A stretch of DNA of 64,000 nucleotides from Octopus sinensis (taxonomy: Eukaryota): the NCBI RefSeq assembly GCF_006345805.1, contig NC_043004.1, positions 97,340,001-97,404,000 of the forward strand. Direction: 5' to 3'. Of this stretch, positions 53,162-64,000 are shown in pieces. Position numbers and translations under genes: made by a program. The notes under the pieces were generated by a model. The model was not told the DNA's origin. It saw only the letters and a list, made by a program, of their open reading frames with translations, and ran no database searches. The first letter of the stretch is position 1, and every line of letters starts with the position of its first letter.

Positions 53162-53771
53162 GTATGTATGTATTATATGTGCATTTTATGTAAGGAATAA
53201 TAACGCTACAAACAAAAACGTGAAACATTATTTTGGCGAATAAAAATATCTGAAGCCTTAGGATAACTTCTTTTGGCATAAGTGTTCCCTGCAAACTTTT
53301 AAGATTGATGGTATTTTGCATATATGTCAGTGTGTCTGTCTGTATGTCAGTAACATGAAGAGGGGCTGATATAAAAAGACGGAATGCGGGAAAGAAATAA
53401 TAACGGAGAAGGAAGAGAGGAAAGAATTTCAGGAGTGATGTGAGAATTGCGAGAATTATCATCAGTAAATCATCAAAGAGGGAAGCATTGTAGCAGTGTT
53501 TTCATTGATACAGTCTAAGTAAGGTTTGAATTTCATTATTGATAAAGCTTTTGATGTTAAGCAGACATGGACTTGGGGGGCTAATAAAATTGATTCACAC
53601 CAATTCTTTCTATATTAATATGGGTAAATATATAAAACCAACATACGCAAATATATTTCTATCTATATAGGCAATATATAAATATGCATGTACGTATGTG
53701 TATAAACATATATACATACATACACACACATATATATACATATATATACATACATATATATATATACATAA

Positions 53772-53822
<51 letters not shown>

Positions 53823-55218
53823 AATATATATATATTATATATATATATACACACACATATATATATATGTATATGTATGTATGAATGTAAATATATGAAT
53901 ACACACACACACTCATATTCACAAAATTGGGAATATGAGAATTATGAAAAATCTATGTATTCACAGTTATGCACATGCATATATATGATATATATGTAAT
54001 GTCTATATATATTATATATAAATTATATATATATATATATATTACGTATATTTTTATAAATCTGTATAAATATATGTATATATATGTGTGTGTATATATA
54101 TATATATACATGCATACATACATACATACATACATACATACATACATGCATACATATATACATACATACAAGTGTGTGTGCATACATGTGTATACTTGTA
54201 TATCCCAATTTTTGTGCATAACTATCGCCATCTTTTTCTTGCTATCAATCACTTTATGACTGTTTGTGTGTATACACACACACACACATATATATATATA
54301 CATATATATGTATATGAATAGATTCATATACATACATATATATATATATATATATTTATATTTATGTATGTATGTATGTATGTATGTATGTATGCATGCA
54401 TGTATATATACTTTTATATCTATATATCTGAGTATATATAACCATCTCTACGCATTCATATATATATCCTTGTGCATTTAACCCTATAAGGTATGCGTAC
54501 AAATACATACATTTGTATGTAAGCCTGAATGTATATGTGTGTGTGGGGTGGGGGCTTGGTGTGTAAGCATACGTTTTTATCTAAACATTCACACACATAA
54601 AAAAACATAAATATTTATGAATATAGATCTACTATTGTATATAATTTTGCAAAGAATCTATGGCGATACACATATCATATGAAAGAATTTTAAATAACAT
54701 TTGGATTAAGCAATAAAACCAAATTCCAGGATTTAAAAGTCAATAAATGATGGCAGTTATATTGCAATATAATGGCAAAAAATCCTAGAATTCTTGAAAT
54801 AAATCTAAAAACGAAAACGTGGTTAAATACTAAATAAAATAAGATAAGATGTTAGATGAAAGAAATGATACACAGATAATAATCTATAATGAATAATACC
54901 TGGAGATTTTATGTGTTTTCAAGATTCTGTATGAAGTGTGTACGTGTGCGTTTGAAGCTCTCCTGCTATGTGCTTGTATATTCGCATAATTGTGTGTGTG
55001 TGTGTGTGTGTGGTGTGTGTGTGTGTGTGTGTGTGTGCATGTGTGTGTGTGCGTATGTGTGTGCAGGCACAGATAGAAATATCTTTGTATTTGGAAACCT
55101 ATAAAATTGCTTACATACACACACTGCTATAAATATCGTTTTATTCAAATTTGCTGCAACACACAGTGGTTTGCATAATCCAGTATTACTCACTATATTA
55201 TATATATATATATATATA

Positions 55219-55249
<31 letters not shown>

Positions 55250-55509
55250 AGTGTGTGTATGTGTTTGTGTGATTGTGTATTATACACACATACACATATT
55301 ATATACATACAAATATGGACATATATACATATATACACACACACACACTCACATACATACATACATATATACATGCATACATACATAAATACATACATAT
55401 ATATATACATATATATATATATATAAGTATACACACATGTATTATGCCTACATATATTCATACATACATATGCATACATGCATATATATATATATATATA
55501 ATATATATA

Positions 55510-55556
<47 letters not shown>

Positions 55557-56415
55557 GTGTTTGCGTGCGCATGCGCCTATAGTTCATAACACTGGATCAT
55601 GCAAACTGTTGGATGTCGTACCATATATGAATAAATCAGTATTTGTGTTGTTGCTATTGGCGGCAGCGGCATTGGTAGTACTCCTGCTTGTGTGTACGTG
55701 TGTGTACGCGGCTGTGTGCTTACAATAACATCACATTATGTCTGCTTTTCATCTGGTATGCATTGGAGTGGTCATCATCATAAAAGTCAGTTCATATTTC
55801 AAGTTAATACTATTTGTTGTACATCAGAGACCACAACTCTCCTGCGCATTGTACTTTTATAAATGTTGCAACATCAGAATCCGTTTCCTAATTCCAATCA
55901 TTTTACTGAGTGTACTTGGTTTATTTTATAGTTGTACCACCACTAAATGTTTTGCCCTTATCCCTAACGACACTAAAAGTCTACTTAACGTTTTCTTTGC
56001 TGTTTGAGTCAACGTGGCCGAAGCGGACGAGCAGAAATGTGAGGGATGAAAGAGAATAAACTAGGGTGAGTGAGATAGAAGAGACAGAGAAAATAATGTG
56101 AGGAACAATACAATAGTGATGACAAAGTTACAGAAGAAGGAACAGTAAGAATGAAAGTTATATGTTAGTTGTTGATAAGGGGATCGAGTTAAAAACGATA
56201 GGAGTATCATGGTGGGAAGAAAGAGACACGTGACATAGGATTGAGACAGCGTAATGGAAGTAGGGGTATCAATGCGATGAGAGAGAAAAAACAGGACAGT
56301 ATCATGTGTGCAGCAAGAAGTCTTACAGGAGGGGTAATGTGAGAGATGACATGTCATGGATAGCCATAAAGATGGGTGAAGCTAATACAGAGCGATCGGT
56401 ATCAATTAGGTTGAG

Positions 56416-56667
56416 CTGTGGTCTTCAACCGGGTTCGCTATGGCCCTTGGGGATCCATATAAGATTTTGTTGTTAAAGTTTATGAGTAATAAATTGGTTA
56501 TACTTCGACAATACACAAAATATTTTGACAGTTTTTAAAATACAATTCTTCATAATATTTAATTATAGAAATATATTGTTCTTTAAGCATAGACTGGCTA
56601 GGTCTCCATCCGGGTAAAATGGGAATCGAAGTGGTCCATAAGTAAAAAAAATAGTTGAGAAACAGTG
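56416..56667. mobile_element. Degenerate hAT (Charlie-like) MITE
   Basis: Ends CTGTGGTCTTCAACC and TAGTTGAGAAACAGTG resemble CAGTGGTTCTCAACC TIRs. Confidence 0.45.
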
Positions 56668-56829
56668 ATATAAAGATTGAATGGCTAAAATGGATTAAAC
56701 ATGGAAATATTTTATTTTATTTTATTTTTTTATTCTAAATTTATTGGCAGAAGAGTATAATGAGCTTAAGCCATGTAAAAAAAAACTGTTTTTGTTATAT
56801 AAAGTTTTATAAATAGTCGCCACAGTTGT

Positions 56830-57200
56830 CCAGAGCCTCTTTGAACATGGGAGTGGAGGGCAGTTGAATGACATCCTTCTTTACACAGGATGTATGTTGC
56901 ATGAAAGGTGGAATGAAACAAATCCAATATCATTCCTCGTCACACAAGCAGTATGATGTGAAGGTGGTAAAAAATGGGCTAGTGAAAAAGAGAAGTCTGT
57001 AGATGAAGAAATAAGAAAATATTTGGCAAAGTACTCAATTATCGGTAATGTACATCCCGGCCGACTGAGGTTTACAAAATCTACCAAAGAGGTAAAGAAT
57101 TACCAAGCTAACTGAGTACAAGGTACATGAGAAGATATTGACCAAAATGGAAATGGAGTGAAATGGCGAAGATTTTATCTTAGACAATTGAACTGCACAA
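56830..57200 (+). mobile_element. Highly decayed RTE-type LINE C-terminal remnant
   Basis: One frame with several stops: ILLYTGC...EEIRKY...GRLRF...QGT...GNGVKW, paralleling LLYGCE...NEEIR...RRLRW...GRP..W. Confidence 0.4.
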
Positions 57201-57885
57201 AGAATTAGACAAAGTGCAACCTTAAATGATGTGATGCAATTCTGGAGAAAAACACCTGTCAAATCTATTCAGGTATGGGAAAGCGTACATAAAAACATTT
57301 GATGATAATCATGAAAAACTATTATGATGTCGATGACGATTACGATGATGATAATGACATCAACAATGATAGCAAGGATGGTGATTCGTATATGTGTGTG
57401 TGTGTGTGTGTGTATTTTATCCTTTGATTATTATTATTTTATTTGTCTCTGTATTTTCTTCTGTAAACGTGGTGTTAGGAAAGATACAAATGACAGGACA
57501 ACAAAAACAAGCAAGCTCTTTGTATGAATAAGATCTACATCTCTTGGCAAGCTCCCTGGTATATTTGCCAAATATGCTAGCAGCTCTCCATTATTCCGTG
57601 GTACATTTACAAAACCTTATGAATCTATGCCATGTGTTTAAAGATAATTTTTACATCATCGAACAGTTACATTTATTTCATTTACAAACCATTCATTCAC
57701 TATTCAGTTAACTAATAAATTGTTCTCAAGTTGAATTTCATATTTTTGCCTTCAGCTCCCACAGATAAATTTCCTTTAGGCTGTGTTGCTGCACATGGAA
57801 AACTAATAAACTAATTTTAAAAAGTCCCTCATGCTGTTGTAACTGAATCTCTATTTCTGAATCTTTCTTTCTTTCATTCATTAAT

Positions 57886-57931
<46 letters not shown>

Positions 57932-58572
57932 TTCCTTCCTTCTTTCTTTCTCTCTCTTTCTTAACCAGTATGAGTTTGTTGAAGACTCATCTAATTCAAA
58001 ATACATTCCTATCATATTAAAACCAGATCTACTGCTGTGAAGAATTCTATAGTCTTACTGTCTATGCATTAGCTTTATTGTACTGTAAAATATAATCAAA
58101 ACGACGGTGGAGGAGCGGAGATTGAGCCGAATGGGTTACTGTATCTGCTTTCTTTTTCATTGTTCTGATTTCCATTCCTACATAGGTCGACTGTATTTGC
58201 GATAGGTTTGACATACCAGTAAAGATATTTAGATATCTAAACGGTAGTCTGTGTTGTTAATCATTAACCTTTCTCTGTGATGTACTGTGTTAGCAGTTAA
58301 TAAATCTGAGGTGAGTTTAAAATATTAAAATCCTAATAAAGTGCTATGCCTTTGTGGATTAAAAACTGTATCTACTGATGGATGTATTTGTTACCTTTTA
58401 TTATTCAATAGTCTTATTCCAATTGCATGCTTTGACAGCATAGCCAAATACATTCTGTTTGTTTTGCGTATGCATAGTGGTTAGTTATGGTCTGAAGTGA
58501 TAGAAAAGTGGTAAGAACATGAGCAGAAGCTGTCAAAGAGAACCACAATGACCAGCTTTAATAGAATTACTT

Positions 58573-58793
58573 ACTCTTTTACTCTTTTACTTGTTTCAGT
58601 CATTTGACTGCGGCCATGCTGGAGCACCGCCTTAATCGAGCAAATCGACCCCAGGACTTATTCTTCGTAAGCCTAGTACTTATTCTATCGGTCTCTTTTG
58701 CCGAACCGCTATGTTACGGGGACGTCAACATACCAGCATCAGTTGTCAAGCGATGTTGTGGGGGGGGGGACAAACACAGACACACAAACATAT

Positions 58794-58824
<31 letters not shown>

Positions 58825-59000
58825 CATATATATATAAGATGGACTTCTTTCAGTTTCCGTCTGCCAAATCCACTCACAAGGCTTTGGTCGGCCCGAGGCT
58901 ATAGCAGAAGACACTTGCCCAAGTTGCCACGCAGTGGGACTGAACCCGCTACCATGTGGTTTGTAAGCAAGCTTCTTACAACACAGCCACTCCTGCGCCT
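58573..59000 (-). mobile_element. SINE family A
   Basis: Consensus motifs. Confidence 0.9.
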
Positions 59001-59134
59001 TCGTTATTTTCCCATAAACAGGAGGACAGAAAGAAGAAACACAAGAGGTCATTCGCTTTTGAATCCTTTATTATCATAGAATGGATACTACAAGAATTGA
59101 GAATATTATAAATAATCAGCATTTAGTCATATGA

Positions 59135-59345
59135 AAGTGTCCCACGTTTAAGAAACAGATTAGGTTTATTTACATTTCTGAAGTAAAAAAAAATACCCTT
59201 CTCCCACCCTAACCCTAACCCTAACTCTAACCCTAACCCTAAAATAGATTGAAATGCAATCGATCGATACTAGGGTCATAATTATGGGTGACAATTTCAT
59301 ATGACACTGCTAGAAAAAAAACTGCCGTTCAAACCGAAAAGATCC
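59135..59345 (-). mobile_element. Partial inverted copy of the 60368-60796 MITE with (TAACCC)n
   Basis: Ends AACTGCCGTTCAAACCGAAAAGATCC. Confidence 0.8.
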
Positions 59346-59677
59346 TAATTATATCATAGGAATAACACAATAAAAATTTCAGAGAACCAGCTGATCACGT
59401 GACGAGTAGCCCGGGTCAAATCACCTGAAATTAAACCGTGTCTTTCATTCCCCAGTGGTTAATAAATTAAAGTACCAGTCAAGTATTAATCTTCATTTAA
59501 TCGATCTAACCCCTGTTTAACATTTCAGGTCAGATACCTACATCAGTAAGTGTGCTGGACTGGCAGAATCATTAGATTATTGAATATGGTTTGCGGGATT
59601 TGTTCCCGAGCTTTGCATTCTGTGTTCAAATCCTGCTAACTTCAACTTTTCTCTTCCGATTTTCAGGATCAGTAACA

Positions 59678-59844
59678 TAGGCGCAGGAGTGGCTGTGTGG
59701 TAAGTAGCTTGCTAACCAACCACATGGTTCCGGGTTCAGTCCCACTGCGTGGCATCTTGGGCAAGTGTCTTCTGCTATAGCCCCGGGCCGACCAATGCCT
59801 TATGAGTGGATTTGGTAGACGGAAACTCAAAGAAGCCCGTCGTA

Positions 59845-59890
<46 letters not shown>

Positions 59891-60110
59891 ATATATGTAT
59901 GTGTTTGTGTGTTTGCGTTTGTCCCCCTAGCATTGCTTGACAACCGATGCTGGTGTGTTTACTTCCCCATCACATAGCGGTTCGGCAAAAGAAACCGATA
60001 GAATAAATACTGGGCTTACAAAGAATAAGTCCCGGGATCGATTTGCCCGACTAAAGGCGGTGCTCCAGCATGGCCGCAGTCAAATGACTGAAACAAGTAA
60101 AAAAAAAGAA
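59678..60110 (+). mobile_element. SINE family A
   Basis: Consensus motifs. Confidence 0.9.
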
Positions 60111-60367
60111 AAAAAAAGAAGATACACGTCCAATACAAGTACTGATGTCATCGACAAGCTCTTCTTCGTATTATTGCCAGCATTGTGTGTAAATCAGAAA
60201 TCATTGCTGGTGCTGGCTTATTTGTGGGCTTTATCGATATTTAAAATAATCTGGGACACATGAGCACTTTTTGGCTCTTGGTTTCATTGTTTTACATGAA
60301 TATGTTTTATTTCTTCAAACCAAATTCACACCTTGCCGGCTGCAACTAACGAAGTAGTACATGATTC

Positions 60368-60796
60368 GGATCTTTTCGGTTTGAACGGCAGTTTTTTTTT
60401 CTAGCGGTGTCATATGAAATTGTCACCCATAATTATGACCCTAGTATCGATCTATTGCATTTCAATCTGTTTTAGGGTTAGGATTAGTTAGGGTTAGGGG
60501 TGGGGGGAAGGGTATCTTTTTTTCTTCAGAAATGTAAATAAACCCAATCTGTTTCTAAAACGAGGGACATATTCATACGGCACAGAATGTTTTCACCTCA
60601 ATAGACGTCAGTGATTGGTTGAAATTGCAGAAATTGAAGAAAAAAAACAACAAATATCTTACAAACTATAGAATTTTCTCAATAAAGCCAAGAGAAAAAG
60701 ATGTTATATAAACACATTCTACCAGTATACGAAGTTTAAAATTTTTTAGTTACCTAAAAATTATGTTAGAAACTGCCGTTCGAACCGAAAAGATCC
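60368..60796. mobile_element. Complete MITE, 26-bp TIRs, 8-bp TSD, internal TTAGGG-like repeats (Merlin-like)
   Basis: GGATCTTTTCGGTTTGAACGGCAGTT ... AACTGCCGTTCGAACCGAAAAGATCC; CATGATTC at 60360-60367 and 60797-60804. Confidence 0.85.
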
Positions 60797-61168
60797 CATG
60801 ATTCTATCTCGCAAAAGCTAATGTGAATCTTGACTGACTACTCATGATGCAAACAAAATCGATTTACAATCGCTTATGCCATTGTTAACTCAATTCTGAG
60901 GTAAAAACCCATGTGACAACATTTAATATAGGATTTACTACTCTCAAACACTAAATACTGTCATAATATCTGGCCAGATATTATGAGAAGACAATAAGCA
61001 GCAGCCATAAACACCTAAATATGTACATATTTCTATACATATTTATTTATGTGTGTATGAGTGTAAACATGCACAAATATAGAAATGTATATATGTGAAT
61101 ATGCATACGTGCATGTATATGTATATGCATATATATACATATATACGTACATACATACATATATATAC

Positions 61169-61220
<52 letters not shown>

Positions 61221-61253
61221 GATATATATATATATGTATATTATATATGTATA

Positions 61254-61292
<39 letters not shown>

Positions 61293-61324
61293 TATATATA
61301 TGTATATATATAATATATATGTAT

Positions 61325-61389
<65 letters not shown>

Positions 61390-61392
61390 GTA

Positions 61393-61449
<57 letters not shown>

Positions 61450-61464
61450 TATATATATATATAT

Positions 61465-61496
<32 letters not shown>

Positions 61497-61641
61497 TATA
61501 TATGCATGTATGTATGTATGTATATATGTATAGAGGGAGAGAGATGGAGAGAGAGAAAGAGAGAGAGGGACAGTAAGAGAGTATGTGTGTGAGTGTGTGT
61601 TTAATGTACATAACATTTTTCTATGACTACTAGCGTACATA

Positions 61642-62040
61642 TGCGCAGGTGTGGTTGAATGGTAAGAAGCTGGCTATCCAACCACATGGTTCAGGGTTAC
61701 GTCCCACTGCATGGCACCTTGGGCAAGTGTCTTCTACTATAGCCCCGATTCGATCAAAACCTTGTGAGTGGATCTGGTAGATGGAAAGTGAAAGAAGCCA
61801 GTCGTATTTGTGTGTGAATGTGTGTTTTTGTGTTTATGTCTGTCTCCAACCACCACCACTTTAACAAATGGTGCTGTTGTGTTTACATCCCTGTAACTTA
61901 GCAGACTGGCAAAAGGGCCCGATTAGATAAGTGCTAGGCTTAAAATTAAAGTGTCGGGGTGGATTCATTTGACAAAAAAATTCTTTAAGGTGGTGCCTCA
62001 GCATTGCTGCATTCTAATGACTGAAACAGGTAAAAGAAAA
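61642..62040 (+). mobile_element. Old SINE family A
   Basis: Degenerate consensus motifs. Confidence 0.75.
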
Positions 62041-62120
62041 AAGACAAAAGCATGCAGCATTTACATTTGACGGATATTTGTCCTCAACTTGTTTGTTGTT
62101 AACACAACGTTTCGGCTGAA

Positions 62121-63309
<1,189 letters not shown>

Positions 63310-63314
63310 TATAC

Positions 63315-63659
63315 CAAGGCGCATGGCTCAGTGGTTAGAGCGTCGAGCTTACGATCGTGAGGTTGTGAGCTCGAATCCCGGACCGGGCTGTGTGTTGTGT
63401 TCTTGAGCAAGGCACTTTATTTCACGTTGCTCCAGTTCACTCAGCTGTAGAAATGAGTTGCGACGTCACTGGTGCCAGGCTGTATCGACCTCTGTCTTTC
63501 CCTTGTATAACATCAGTGGCGTGGAGAGGGGAGGCCGGTATGCATGGGCGACTGCTGGCCTTCCATAAACAACCTTGCCCGGACTTGTGTCTAGGAAGGT
63601 AACTTTCTAGGTGCAATCCCATGGTTATTCATGACCGAAGGGGGTCTTTACCCTTTACC
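63315..63659 (+). mobile_element. SINE family C variant with 9-bp TSD
   Basis: AATGTATAC at 63306-63314 and 63660-63668. Confidence 0.85.
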
Positions 63660-63859
63660 AATGTATACTATGAGTTTCTTTGCCCTAGGAGTTGGGAAGA
63701 CACTCGGCAAGAAATGGAAGCAAATTTGAAAGAAGAAAAAAAAAAGTAATAATGATAATAATAATAAAAAATAATAATAATAATAATAATGATAATAATA
63801 CTAATAAGGATAATAATAATGATAATAATAATAATAATGATAATAATAATAAGAAGAAG

Positions 63860-64000
63860 AAAATATAAAGACCAGCTCATTGAAATTGAGAAAATGTGGC
63901 ATCTCAAGGCGGTTACAATACCAGTGATCGTAGGAGCACTAGGAATGATCAAGAAGGGAACCGAAAATTATATGAGAATGATCCCTGGCTTACCATCCCT
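63860..64000 (+). mobile_element. RLE retrotransposon fragment after (AAT)n, cut by the window edge
   Basis: KYKDQLIEIEKMWHLKAVTIPVIVGALGMIKK. Confidence 0.85.

Noticed and set aside
55560-56040. Unique segment with a second TGCGCATGCGC motif and an 89-aa ORF
   Set aside because: The motif is isolated at a microsatellite edge; minus frames have many stops; the plus ORF is unrecognisable
56830-56900. piggyBac-like GQLNDILLYTG motif
   Set aside because: Downstream sequence fits an RTE LINE C-terminus better; no TTAA or TIRs
59208-59241. Telomere or chromosome-fusion site
   Set aside because: The few TAACCC units are internal to a MITE
63318-63385. tRNA gene calls at SINE heads (also 16950, 19282, 41727)
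   Set aside because: A and B boxes are present but there is no acceptor stem, and each runs into a SINE body

Overview
AT-rich, repeat-saturated animal non-coding DNA, most likely coleoid cephalopod (Octopus-like). This is an inference from the SINE families and the density of (TA)n/(CA)n/(AAT)n tracts. No intact protein-coding gene could be identified; almost all listed ORFs are microsatellite or SINE read-throughs. The window is a mosaic of at least four SINE-type families, R4/Dong-like RLE retrotransposon fragments in (AAT)n arrays, CR1- and RTE-type LINE remnants, DNA-transposon remnants (Tc1/mariner, Chapaev-3, hAT- and Merlin-like MITEs) and two non-autonomous Helitrons. The most interesting signal is a set of hammerhead-ribozyme motifs from several Penelope-like repeat families. 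These are a tandem pair of minimal hammerheads with a compensatory U3:A8 core (7.8 and 8.1 kb), an intact-core type I motif with an extra A (27.1 kb), an A6C motif in a fold-back element (42.6 kb), a block-scrambled hammerhead (39.7 kb) and half motifs (2.8 and 62.1 kb). One unique CpG-rich segment (4.67-4.96 kb) carries NRF1/ETS/YY1-type motifs and may be a real promoter with a first exon. All structures were read by eye; nothing was computed or searched.
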